Assembly (NCBI GenBank): GCA_963792585.1
Contig: CAWBWI010000001.1
Coordinates: forward strand, 1,184,001-1,248,000
DNA: 64,000 nt
DNA from: Candidatus Eiseniibacteriota bacterium
GTDB lineage: Bacteria; Eisenbacteria; RBG-16-71-46; CAIMUX01; VGJL01
Direction of reading: 5' to 3'
In this document: positions 22,446 through 34,645 of the stretch, piece after piece
How positions within the stretch are numbered: position 1 is the stretch's first letter
How the letters are laid out: the number at the start of each line of letters is the position of its first letter
Notes under the pieces: model-generated
Seen by the model: the letters and a program-made list of their open reading frames with translations, nothing else
The model's database searches: none
Told to the model about the DNA's origin: nothing
Made by a program: the position numbers and the translations under genes

Positions 22446-23894
22446 TCATTGCAGGGCCGCCCTCTGCGGCTTCCCTCGTCCCCCCTTGTCCAGGACCTGC
22501 GCGAACGATACCAGTTGCCGCTCCCTCAAGAGAGTCGCCTCTGCCGCCGCCTGCGCCGAGTCGGGGAAGGAACCGACCACGACCCGATACCAGCGACCCC
22601 GGTTTGGAAGCTCGACCGCAACGACGGAGCCGACCAGTCCATGGCCTCGGAGCCGCTCGACCTCCCTCTCCGCGAAGGTGGCGTGATTGAACGAGTTCAC
22701 GTGAACGACGAAGGTGTCCGGCCAACCAGCTGCGGTCATTGCAGATACACCTGTCGAATCGGGCACGGAAATCACGACGGCCGCGGCGCTGGAATCCGCA
22801 ACGGCGGGGCCCACCGCCCCGGAATCCGTCGCCGCAGAAAGCACGGCGGCGGTGTCGGGGACCGTGTTCGGGCGCGTTTCTGCAGAAGAGTCGGCCGGCA
22901 TCGCGATGGGGAGGCCCGACTGCAAGGGCTCAACCGGCGGGGCTGCGGGTCCACCCCACCATCCTCTGAGATATCCGGTCCCGGCCATGGTTCCGGCCAG
23001 GGCCACGATCAGGACGATCCAGAGCCAGGTACGGTTCCGGCGCGGCCCCTGCCAGGGGAGTCCCAGCGCGATCGGCTCCGTCTCCGGTTCGACGCCCTTC
23101 AGAGGTTCGACGACGGATGGGGCCCGGCCGATTGCCGCATCCTCTTCTTCCGGTCCGGCGCCGACTCGAACGTCGACCCGATTCCAGCGCTCCAGCGGCG
23201 TCTGCTTCGGCCGCGGGACCGGCCCGAGCGCAATGAGTCCGAACAAGGGCACGTTCAAGGATCGAAGCGCGTTTCCAAACCCGGTCAACTCATCGCGCGT
23301 GTGGTCTCGTATCGCCGCGACGAGCACGATCCCATCGATGCCGGACGCGAGCGCGGAGGGCACCTCCCCGCTCGGGTCGGGCATGGATCGGGCTACGACC
23401 AGAGTCCAACGGACCGGGTTGGGCGGGATGGAACCTGCGGGGGCCTCGCCCGAGGGGAGCACGATGCGAACGCCCGCGAGGTCGCTCGCCCAGCCGACCG
23501 CCGGCCCGAGGCCCAGGACCTCGATCCGGTCCTGCACCACATCGGGGAGTTCGAGTCCCCGTCCCGCCGTCAGGGAGCCGAGGCGGCGTTCCACGCCGGC
23601 GTCGAGGAGGAAGGCCGACCGCCCGAAGCCTGCCGCATGCTCGGCGATAGCGATCGCCCATGCGATGGACTCCTGCGATCCGTAGGGTGCGCAGACCCAA
23701 ACGACCTGTCCTCCGCGCATGTCGGGAATCCGGAGGCGATTGTAGAGTCTGCCGCCGAGCATCGTTTCCACAGCGAGATCCGAGAGCTTCGACGCAGCGC
23801 GCGGAACCGCGGACTCCGCGGACGCGGCGATGAGGAGCGGGATTCCGAGAGCCGCCGCAGCATCTTCGGCCGACTCGAAATACGGAGTCGTCAT
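22446..23894 (-). CDS. Membrane protein with degenerate P-loop-like N-terminal domain and C-terminal SPOR domain
   Basis: ATG 23894 overlapping the selA stop; TM WLWIVLIVALAGTMAG; SPOR-like FVVHVNSF...GRWYRVVVGSFPD..QA. Confidence 0.75.
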   Translation of the reverse strand: MTTPYFESAEDAAAALGIPLLIAASAESAVPRAASKLSDLAVETMLGGRLYNRLRIPDMRGGQVVWVCAPYGSQESIAWAIAIAEHAAGFGRSAFLLDAGVERRLGSLTAGRGLELPDVVQDRIEVLGLGPAVGWASDLAGVRIVLPSGEAPAGSIPPNPVRWTLVVARSMPDPSGEVPSALASGIDGIVLVAAIRDHTRDELTGFGNALRSLNVPLFGLIALGPVPRPKQTPLERWNRVDVRVGAGPEEEDAAIGRAPSVVEPLKGVEPETEPIALGLPWQGPRRNRTWLWIVLIVALAGTMAGTGYLRGWWGGPAAPPVEPLQSGLPIAMPADSSAETRPNTVPDTAAVLSAATDSGAVGPAVADSSAAAVVISVPDSTGVSAMTAAGWPDTFVVHVNSFNHATFAEREVERLRGHGLVGSVVAVELPNRGRWYRVVVGSFPDSAQAAAEATLLRERQLVSFAQVLDKGGRGKPQRAALQ

Positions 23895-25309
23895 GACGGT
23901 GCCCCTTCGAGCGCGCGGACCGCATCCTCGACGAAGGCCGCCTCGTCCTCCTCCTCGATCGCGCGAAGATCGAGCAGGAGACGCCCCCCTTGAATTCTCC
24001 CGACCACGGGGGGGACGCCCGCGCGGAGCCGGGACGCCAGATCGTCCGCGCTCAGGCGGCTCGAGACCATGGTGACAGCAAACGACGCGACGTCGATTCC
24101 CGGAAGCGAACCTCCCCCGACCTCGCCGCGGACCTCCACGACGCCGATGTCGAATCCACCCCCGAGACGAGCGCGCATCGACTGCGCGCTGCGTTCCGCC
24201 GCCGCGCGGATCGAGTCCCGCGACCGACTCATGGCCCGCAGCAGCGGGATTCCTAATCGCGCCGCCTCGGCGCCGCGCAGGTGAATTCGCAGACCCGCTT
24301 CCAGCATGGCCAGGAGCGTCTTGTCGAGACGGACGATCCGGGCGATCGGGTGCTTGGAGAGCCGCTCGACCACGTCTTGCTTCCCGGCGATGATGCCCGC
24401 CTGGCCGATCCCGAGAAGCTTGTCGCCGCTCACGCAGATCAGATCGGCCCCCGACTCGACGGAGTCCTCGATGCACGGCTCGTCGGGGAAGAGTTCGCCG
24501 TGCGCGCGCAGGGCCCCGCTTCCAAGATCGTCGACGAGCGGTAGGCCATGGCGTCTCGCGAATGCAACCATCTCGTCCAGGGACGGTTCCTCGGTGAAGC
24601 CGACGAGCTTGAAGTTGCTCTGGTGAACGCGCAGGACGACGGCCGACCGATCGTTCAGCGCCCGCTCGAAGTCGGCGATCCGCGTGCGATTCGACGTACC
24701 CACCTCGCGCAGGGTCACGCCCGCGGCCTCGAGGATATCCGGCAGACGGAAGGAGCCGCCGATCTCGACGAGCTGCCCGCGGGAGACGAGCACCTCGCGC
24801 CCCCTCCCCAGCGCCGCCATGGCCAGGAACAGAGCGCCGGCGTTGTTGTTGACGGCGAATCCCGCCTCCGCGCCGGTCAACAGGGGCACGAGCTCGCGGA
24901 TCGCCGCGAGACGCGAAGCTCGGGCGCCGGTCGCCAGGTCGATCTCGAGAGCGCTGTATCCGGACGCCGCGCCGAGCAGGGCCCGCCGCGCTTCGGCCGG
25001 CAGGACGGCCCGACCGAGGTTCGTGTGAAGGAGCACGCCCGTCGCGTTCCAGACCGGACGCAGACGCACGCGCAGCGAGTCCCCCGCGCGCGCGAGCAGG
25101 TCGTTGATCACTCTCGCCGCCGCCTCCTCACGCGTGCGCGGACGCCAGATACCGGCACGGATCTCGCGACGGACTGCATCCAGGGCCTCCCGGAGCCGCT
25201 CGCGCACCAGCGGGCGGGGCTCTTCTGCGATCGGGATCAGCCGCGGATCGGCCAGCAGCGCATCGACCGGCGGTAGGAGCGCGAGGCTCTTGCCCTCGTC
25301 CGATTCCAT
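23891..25309 (-). CDS. selA: L-seryl-tRNA(Sec) selenium transferase
   Basis: NATGVLLHTNLGRA, VNNNAGA, SRGQLVEIGGSFRLPD, EVGTSNRT, DDLGSG, SGDKLLG, VGGGSLP. Confidence 0.96.
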   Translation of the reverse strand: MESDEGKSLALLPPVDALLADPRLIPIAEEPRPLVRERLREALDAVRREIRAGIWRPRTREEAAARVINDLLARAGDSLRVRLRPVWNATGVLLHTNLGRAVLPAEARRALLGAASGYSALEIDLATGARASRLAAIRELVPLLTGAEAGFAVNNNAGALFLAMAALGRGREVLVSRGQLVEIGGSFRLPDILEAAGVTLREVGTSNRTRIADFERALNDRSAVVLRVHQSNFKLVGFTEEPSLDEMVAFARRHGLPLVDDLGSGALRAHGELFPDEPCIEDSVESGADLICVSGDKLLGIGQAGIIAGKQDVVERLSKHPIARIVRLDKTLLAMLEAGLRIHLRGAEAARLGIPLLRAMSRSRDSIRAAAERSAQSMRARLGGGFDIGVVEVRGEVGGGSLPGIDVASFAVTMVSSRLSADDLASRLRAGVPPVVGRIQGGRLLLDLRAIEEEDEAAFVEDAVRALEGAPS

Positions 25310-26015
25310 CAGGCTCCTCCCAGATAGGCCTCGCGGACCGCGGGGTTCGAGATGAACTCCCGTGCGCTCCCCGCCGCGGCGATCGTCCCGGTCTCGAGGA
25401 CGTAGGCGTCGTGGGCGACCTGGAGCGCCATGCGGGCATTCTGCTCGACGAGCAGGATCGATGTCCCCATCTGATTGATCTGCTTGATCGTCTCGAAGAT
25501 CTGCCGGACCAGGATCGGCGAAAGACCTAGCGACGGCTCGTCCATCAGGAGCAGCCGGGGCTTCGCCATGAGACCCCGCCCGAGCGCGAGCATCTGCTGC
25601 TCTCCCCCGCTCAGAGTCCCCCCCGGCTGGCGCATCCGCTCCTTCAGCCGGGGAAAGAGATCGAAGACCTTCTCGCGATCGGCGCGGATTCCGGCCGAGT
25701 CCTTGCGGAGATAGGCGCCGAGTTCGAGGTTGTCCGCGACGGACAGGTCGGCGAAGATGATCCGCCCTTCGGGAATGTGGACGACGCCGCGCCGGACGAT
25801 TTCATGCGGGGAAGCTTCTGGATGGCCTCTCCTTCGAACTCGATCACGCCGGCGGAAGCGCGCAGGAGTCCCGAAATCGTCCGCAGCGTCGTCGTCTTGC
25901 CCGCCCCGTTGGCCCCGATCAGGGTCGCGATGGTGCCGGGACGCACCGTGAGGCCGATCCCTTTGACCGCGTGGATCGCGCCGTAGCGGACGTGGAGCCC
26001 TTCAATGCGCAGCAT
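25309..26015 (-). CDS. livF: Branched-chain amino acid ABC transporter ATPase, LivF-like (frameshifted)
   Basis: GANGAGKTT, PEGRIIF, LSGGEQQMLALGR, MDEPSLGLSP, LLVEQNA. Confidence 0.9.
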
Positions 26016-26788
26016 GCGCCGCCTCTTGCCCCAGGTAGGCTTCGATGACCTTCTGGTCCTTGCGGATCGCCTCGGGCGGACCCTCGGCGATCTTGACCCC
26101 GTGATCGAGAACGATGATCCGTTCGCAGATCCCCATCACGAAGCGCATGTCGTGCTCGACCAGCAGGACGGTCAGGTCGAACTCCTTGCGGATGCGGCGG
26201 ATCAGCTTCATCAGATCTTCGGTCTCCGCGGGAGTTCATCCCGGCGGCCGGCTCATCGAGAAGCAGCAGCCGCGGCGCCAGGGCAAGCGCCCGAGCGATC
26301 TCGAGGCGCCGCTGGTGCCCGTAAGGGAGTTCCGTCGCCCGCGCGGAGGCGACCCCATCGAGGCCGAAGAGGGCCAGCAGATGCTCCGCCCTCTCGCGGA
26401 AGAGCTGCTCCTCGCGCAGGAATCGCGGCGTCCGCATGATCGAAGCGAGATACCCCACGTTCGACTCGCGGTGGAAGGCGACGCGGACGTTGTCGAGCGC
26501 CGACATCCGGGCAAAGAGGCGGATCTTCTGGAAGGTGCGCGCGATCCCCAGCCCCGCAATGGCGTGCGGGCGAGCGCCCGACGATCGAGCGTCCGAGAAA
26601 CCGGATCGAGCCCGAGGCCCGGTAGACCCCGGTCACCAGGTTGAAGACGGTCGTCTTCCCGGCACCGTTGGGGCCGATCAGCCCGACCAGTTCCCCCGGA
26701 TCGAACGCCAGGTCGAGGTCGCAGACGGCCTTCAACCCACCGAAGGCGATCCGGCCTCGTCCAGTTCCAGGATACGCTCGGCGTTCAC
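26002..26788 (-). CDS. livG: Branched-chain amino acid ABC transporter ATPase, LivG-like (frameshifted)
   Basis: [57 protein letters not shown]. Confidence 0.9.
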
Positions 26789-27789
26789 GAGGTCCGCCTC
26801 GACCGGAACCACGGCAGGAGAGTCGCCGATCTCACGCGGACCGAAGATCCCCTGCGGCCGGAAGATCATGAGGAGGATCAGCATCAGCGAGTAGATCACC
26901 ATCCGGTATGCGCCGACGCTTCGCAGGGCTTCCGGCAGGATCGTGAGGAAGATCGCGGCGCCGATCGAGCCGGTGATCGATCCCATTCCACCGAGGACGA
27001 CCATGATGACGACCTCGATCGACTTCATGAAGGTGAAGCTGTTCGTGTGCAGGTACATCAGATAGTGGCCGAAGAGCCCGCCCGCGAGGCCGGCGAAAGC
27101 GGCGCCGATCACGAAGGCTCCCACCTTGTAGCGGGTCGTCGGAACCCCCAGCGACTTCGGCCGCGATCTCGTCGTCGCGGATGGCCAGGAGCGCCCGCCC
27201 GTGCCTCGAGCGGATCAGGTTCGCGTGAAAGACGATGCAGACGGCCACGATCGAGGTAGACCCAGAAGATGTTCGTCTGCGCCGGGATATTCGTGAAGCC
27301 GCGCGCGCCGCCGATCACCTCGAGGTTCAGGATGATGACGCGGATGATCTCGCCGAAGCCGAGGGTCGCGATCGCGAGGTAGTCGCCCCGCAGACGCAGG
27401 GTCGGGATGCCGATCAAGAGCCGGCCGCGACGGCCGCCGCCGCGAGCGCCGAGGCAGGAGGGCGATCAGGAAGGCAGAGGACCGACAGCGCCGGACCGAG
27501 CGAAGGACCGACGTAAGACGTTGAAGGCCGCGGCGACGTACCCGCCCACCGCCATGAAGCCGGCATGCCCGAGGCTGAACTGCCCGCGTGAATCCGTTGA
27601 TCAGGTTCAGGCTGACCGCCAGGACGATGTTGATCCCGCACAGGATCATGATCCGGGTCAGATGTAGGGGTTCAGGGAGGCGACGAGGACGCGGTCGCGC
27701 CAGCCGAGAGGATCGCCGGGATCCGGAGCCATGCCGCCGCGCCGCACCCGGCCGATCCCCGCCGACGCCGCCTTGCCCGCCACCGCCAC
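26785..27789 (-). CDS. livM: Branched-chain amino acid ABC transporter permease, LivM-like (frameshifted; ends approximate)
   Basis: [58 protein letters not shown]. Confidence 0.88.
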
Positions 27790-27796
27790 GGGGCCC

Positions 27797-28712
27797 CTAC
27801 ACCTTCTCGGAGACCGCGCGCCCGAGAAGCCCGGACGGTTTGACGATCAGGATCACGATCAGGAGCGCGAAGGCGATCGCGTCCCGCAAGGTCGAGGAGA
27901 TGTAGCCCGCCACCAGGGTCTCCGCGACCCCCATGATCAAGCCCGCCGAGCGACCGCGCCGGGAATGCTTCCGATCCCTCCGAGCACGGCGGCCACGAAG
28001 GCCTTGATCCCCGGGCAGGAGCCCCATCAGCGGCTCGATCTTCGGGTTCGTGAGCGCGACCAGCACCGCGGCGGCCGCAGCCAGGGCGCTGCCGATCGCG
28101 AAGGTGAAGATGATGATCCGGTCGGTCGGGATTCCCATCAGGCTCGCCGCATCTCGGCTGAAACGAGACGGCGCGCATCGCGCGCCCGATCCTCGTCCGG
28201 TAGACGATCGCGCTGCAGAGCGAGCATCAGGACGCACGAACCGCCCAGCACGAGGATCTGGTGGTTCGTGATGACCACCCCGCTCGGAAGGCGGTAGATC
28301 TTGACCTCGATGATCTGCGGAAAGAACTTCGGATCGGCCCGAAGATCAGGATTCCCGCGTTCTCGAGGAGCAGGCTCACGCCGATCGCCGTGATCAGGGC
28401 GTCGAGCTTCGAGTGTGCCGGCGAACCGGCTTGTAGACGCTCCGCTCGATCATGATCCCGAGCGAGCGCGCAGCCGATCATCGCGACGGCGAAGACGAGG
28501 AGAACGCCGACGATCCCGACCGCTCCCTCGCCGATAGTCCGAACCAACTGAACCGCGTAGAAGGCGAGGTAGGCGCCGACCATGAAGACGTCGCCGTGCG
28601 CGAAGTTGATCAGGCGCAGGATTCCGTAGACCATGGTGTAGCCGAGGGCGATCAGGGCGTAGATCCCTCCCCAGGCGATGCCGTTGACGAGCTGCTGAAG
28701 AAACTCCTGCAC
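27797..28712 (-). CDS. livH: Branched-chain amino acid ABC transporter permease, LivH-like (frameshifted)
   Basis: QQLVNGIAWGGIYALIALGYTMVYGILRLINFAHGD, KAFVAAVLGGIG, VKPSGLLG. Confidence 0.9.
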
Positions 28713-28722
28713 GGCCCGCTCT

Positions 28723-29938
28723 CTACGGCGCGATCCGCTCGTCATGACGAGAACTGTCTGTCGTGGATCTTCAGCACGACGATCGGCTTGATCGCGTTGC
28801 GCTTCTCGTCGAGCGAGATCGAGCCGGTCACGCCGGGGAACTCACTCGTGGCCGCGATCGGATCGCCCGCAGCGCTCGCATCGCCTCGGCGCGCTTCTCC
28901 GTCGCGACGCCTCGTCGTTGCGCCGATGTCGCGAGCAGGGCCGCGAATCCTCAGGCTTCGTCTTCTGCAGCTCCTTGAGCGCGTGGACCAGCATCCGGGC
29001 CGCGTCGTAGCCGAGGGCGGCCATGCGCGTCGGGGACTTCGTTGTAGCTTCTCCTGGTAGCTGGTGATGAACTGCTGAACGATCGGGTTCGGATCATCCG
29101 GCGCGTAGTGGTTGCTGAAGAAGCATCCCTCGAGCGCCTTGCCGCCGATCTCGAAGAGGCTCGGACGAGACCCACCCGTCGCCGCCGAGCATCGGGACCG
29201 GTGAACCCGAGCTCGCGGGACTGGCGCGCGATCAGCCCGACCTCGGTGTAGTAGCCGGGAACGAAGAGCGCCTGCGGATTCGTACGCGATGAATCGCCGT
29301 CAGCGGGGCGCGGAAGTCGACGTCCCCTTCCTGGTAGCTCTCGTCCGCGGAGATCGTCCCGCCGAGCGACTTGAAGGTCGTCGTTGAAGACATTGGCGAG
29401 GCCGATCGAGTAGTCATTGCGCTTGTCGCGCAGGATCGCGACCGTGTTCAGGCGAAGCGATTGCGCCGCGAAGCGCGCCATCACGATGCCCTGGAACGGA
29501 TCGATGAAGCAGACGCGGAAGATGAAGTCGCCGACCTGCGTCACCTTCTCGTTGGTCGAGGAGGGGGTGATCATCGGGACCCCGCACTTCTGACAGATCG
29601 GGCGCCCCGCGAGGGAGGTCGAACTGGCGACCTCGCCGAGGATCGCGATCACCGGTCCTGGCTGATCAGCTTGTTGACGGCGGTCGCGGCCTCCTCTGGC
29701 TTTCCCTGATCATCCTCGGTGATGAGGCGGATCGGGGTACCGCCGACGCCGCCCGCTGCGTTCGCCTCCTCGATCGCCATCTCGATGCCGCGGTGGTCGA
29801 CGTCCCGAAGGTCGCCCGTCCGCCCGTCATCGATCCGTACTCGCCGATCTTGATCTCGGAGGCCTTCTTGCCGCACGAACCCAAGCCCAAGATCAGATGC
29901 GCCCAACGACCAGAACCGTCGCCCAGCAGCCACCTCAT
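28723..29938 (-). CDS. Branched-chain amino acid ABC transporter substrate-binding lipoprotein (frameshifted)
   Basis: Lipobox-like LGSC, IKIGEYGSMTG, EDDQGKPEEA, LGEVASS, FRVCFIDPFQG, FVPGYY, LGYDA. Confidence 0.88.
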
Positions 29939-30002
29939 GATTCCTCCCCCTTCCGCAGCCTGCGGACGGATGGAATCCCGTTCGAACGTTTCGTGCCGTC
30001 GA

Positions 30003-30031
30003 AAGCTAACATGCGGTATCCCAAGGGTCAA
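30003..30031 (-). promoter_or_regulatory. Putative sigma70 promoter of the liv operon
   Basis: TTGACC-N17-TAGCTT with TG extended -10, about 65 nt upstream of the binding-protein start. Confidence 0.55.
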
Positions 30032-30047
30032 GCGGGGGATCGACGGC

Positions 30048-32114
<2,067 letters not shown>

Positions 32115-32194
32115 GGGCAACCTCGCCGGTCAGGGTGACGGAGGCGGCGGAGAGTGTCAAGGGATGGAGGGCGGGAACTGCGACCCGGTTGGCC

Positions 32195-33442
32195 CTACGA
32201 CGCCCTCAGCAAGCCCGCAATCGACACCGCCCAGACTTGCTTCGACAGCCGTTCCGTGCGCGCTCCGGTGTGTAGCAGGACGCCATAGGGCGCCCTGCGT
32301 CCATACTCCTCCAGAAACACAGTGAGGCCCCTCGTGTCGTCCAGAGTCGGCCGCGCACCGGCCTTCACCTCGATCGGGATCACGCGCCCACCGTGCTCGA
32401 CCACGAAATCGACCTCGGTGTTGCTCGTGGTCCTCCACCACAGGATCTCCGGCCGCGGCGATGCACATTCCCGCCATGCGCAGAAGTCGAGAAGGAGCAG
32501 ATTCTCCAGCAGAGCGCCGTCGAGCCTCGAGTCCCTCAGGGCGTCAGGACTGCGGACCCCGGCGAGGAATGCGCCGAGACCAGGGTCGCAGAAGTACAGC
32601 CGCGGAGACTTGACAAGCCTCTTGGTGCGATTGACGGAGTAAGGAGGTACCCGCATGAGGACGTAGGAGGCCTCGAGGATGTTCAGATACCGGAACGCGG
32701 TTGGCGAGGAGAGCCCGGCATCGCGCGCCATCTCTGCCTGATTCTGGGTCGCTCCAGTCCGCAGCGCCGCGATGCGGAGCAGGCGCCTGAAGTCTGAGAG
32801 AGCATCAATCCGCGCGAAGTTCCGCAGGTCTCTCTCGAGGTACGTCCGTTCGTAACCCTCGAACCAAGCATCCCGGAAGTCCGAGTCGTCCGAAAGCGAC
32901 GCAGGGGGGAATCCACCCCGCAGGGCCCACTCTCTCCAATGCGCCAGGGGGGCGTGGACCCCCTCGAGGGATTCCGGATCGCCAAACAAGTCCCCCCACC
33001 TGCCCGCGTCAGCCGCGCCCTGGCGCTCCGAGATGGTGAATGGATACAGGGTGAGATAGGCGGCCCTTCCGGCGAGGGTCTCGGAGACGGCCGCATGCAG
33101 AGCGAGATTCGCCGAACCCGAAAGAAGGAACCGTCCTGAACGGCGCTCCTTGTCTACCGATCGCTTGATCGCGAGGAGCAGTCCCGGCGACCGCTGAACC
33201 TCGTCGATGGTGATTGGCTCGTCGCCGCCCAGGAGCGCTGCCGGTTCCCGCTCGGCCCGCTCCTGTGTCTCGATCTCATCCAAGCTGACATACCGTCTCC
33301 CCGGTCCACCGAGGAGTTCCCGGATGAGGGTGCTCTTCCCCGTCTGACGCGGACCCGTCAGCACGACCACCGGGAACGAACGCAGCAGAGTTTGGACCCG
33401 CGAGGTCAAGAGCCGCGGAAGCGGTCTATGCAGATCTTTCAT
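32195..33442 (-). CDS. AAA_14 ATPase with DUF4143 C-terminal domain
   Basis: GPRQTGKSTL, IDEVQR, SETLAGR, RGGFP, YLERDL, VKSPRLYFCDPG, EVDFV...IEVK. Confidence 0.92.
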   Translation of the reverse strand: MKDLHRPLPRLLTSRVQTLLRSFPVVVLTGPRQTGKSTLIRELLGGPGRRYVSLDEIETQERAEREPAALLGGDEPITIDEVQRSPGLLLAIKRSVDKERRSGRFLLSGSANLALHAAVSETLAGRAAYLTLYPFTISERQGAADAGRWGDLFGDPESLEGVHAPLAHWREWALRGGFPPASLSDDSDFRDAWFEGYERTYLERDLRNFARIDALSDFRRLLRIAALRTGATQNQAEMARDAGLSSPTAFRYLNILEASYVLMRVPPYSVNRTKRLVKSPRLYFCDPGLGAFLAGVRSPDALRDSRLDGALLENLLLLDFCAWRECASPRPEILWWRTTSNTEVDFVVEHGGRVIPIEVKAGARPTLDDTRGLTVFLEEYGRRAPYGVLLHTGARTERLSKQVWAVSIAGLLRAS

Positions 33443-33583
33443 GTTATGAAAGATATTCTTTCACGGACTGAAACGCAAGCGGCATCTGCCCGAGAAGTGG
33501 AGCCGCACGGGCCCGGCAACGGGAGTCCCAGAAGAATCGCTCTTACGCCGACTTCCCACCACGAAGGCTTTGATCGTCCCGCA

Positions 33584-34120
33584 TCACGCACTCAACCCAT
33601 CAATGTAGGTGCGCGCATACCTCACGTATCGCGCCGCCGACTCGAGGAACCCGGCGCGTTCCTCCTCTGTCAGCGTCCGCGCCACCTTCGCGGGCGTGCC
33701 GAGGACGAGCACGCCCGGCGGGACCTTGGCGCCCGGCGGCACCAGACTTCGCGCGCCGACCAGGCTTCCCTCCCCCACCACCGCTCCGTCCATGACGAGC
33801 GCCCCCATCCCGATCATCGCCCCGGCCCCGATCGTGCAACCGTGCAGGATCACGCCGTGACCGACAGTCACCCGCTCCGCGATGGTCAACGGGTGCTTCC
33901 CTCCGGTCACGTGGAGCACGCAGCCGTCCTGGATGTTGGTCTCGGGTCCGATCCGGATCCGGTGTACATCGCCGCGCACCACGGAGCCGAACCAGACCGA
34001 CGCGCCGGCGCCGAGGACGACGTCGCCGATGATCGTGCAGCCGGGGGCGAGAAAGACATCCTCGCCGACGGTCGGGGCGATGCCGCCGTAGGCGAGGATC
34101 AGAGGTCGCGGGGCGTCCAA
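33584..34120 (-). CDS. Gamma carbonic anhydrase family protein
   Basis: IIGDVVLG, VVRGDV, TNIQDGCVLH, TVGHGVILHGCTI, GTPAK. Confidence 0.92.
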   Translation of the reverse strand: MDAPRPLILAYGGIAPTVGEDVFLAPGCTIIGDVVLGAGASVWFGSVVRGDVHRIRIGPETNIQDGCVLHVTGGKHPLTIAERVTVGHGVILHGCTIGAGAMIGMGALVMDGAVVGEGSLVGARSLVPPGAKVPPGVLVLGTPAKVARTLTEEERAGFLESAARYVRYARTYIDGLSA

Positions 34121-34122
34121 GG

Positions 34123-34641
34123 CTAGAACGAGTACTTCCCGAAGTCCTTGGGATTCATGTTCTCGATGAACCGACGAAGCTCCTCGGCACGCTGCTCGTC
34201 CGTCATCTCGGGCGCCTTGGCGGGCCCTTCGGTCTGGATCAGGCGATCGAGTTCGTCGGTGAGCAGCTCCTCGGCCGCGAAGATCTTCGCCTTCGTCTTC
34301 AGCGCGAGGGCGATCGAATCGCTCGGCCGCGCATCGATGCTCAGGAGCTGGCCCTGCGCCTCGACGGTGATCCGCGCGTAGAACGTGTTCTGCTTCAGGT
34401 CGCAGATCTCCACCCTGCGGATGCGCGCCTGCAGGCCCTTGAGGATCGTCACGATCAGGTCGTGCGTCAGGGGACGCTGGAACTTCTTGCCGGCGACCTC
34501 CATGGCGATCGCGCTCGCCTCGGGCGGGCCGATCCAGATCGGCAGCCGGCGTGCGCCATCCAGCGTCTGGAGGATGACAACGGGGTATTGGTTCTTCTCA
34601 TCGATTGCCAGGCTCAGGACTTCAACTTCAACCATGGCCAT
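34123..34641 (-). CDS. Bifunctional nuclease (DUF151) family protein
   Basis: LPIWIGPPEASAI, RPLTHDL, TFYA, IDARPSDSIALAL. Confidence 0.92.
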   Translation of the reverse strand: MAMVEVEVLSLAIDEKNQYPVVILQTLDGARRLPIWIGPPEASAIAMEVAGKKFQRPLTHDLIVTILKGLQARIRRVEICDLKQNTFYARITVEAQGQLLSIDARPSDSIALALKTKAKIFAAEELLTDELDRLIQTEGPAKAPEMTDEQRAEELRRFIENMNPKDFGKYSF

Positions 34642-34645
34642 GGCC

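Noticed and set aside
19238..23993. Long + strand ORFs (1150 aa and 674 aa)
   Set aside because: Antisense shadows of smc and the SPOR gene in high-GC DNA, with no recognisable motifs.
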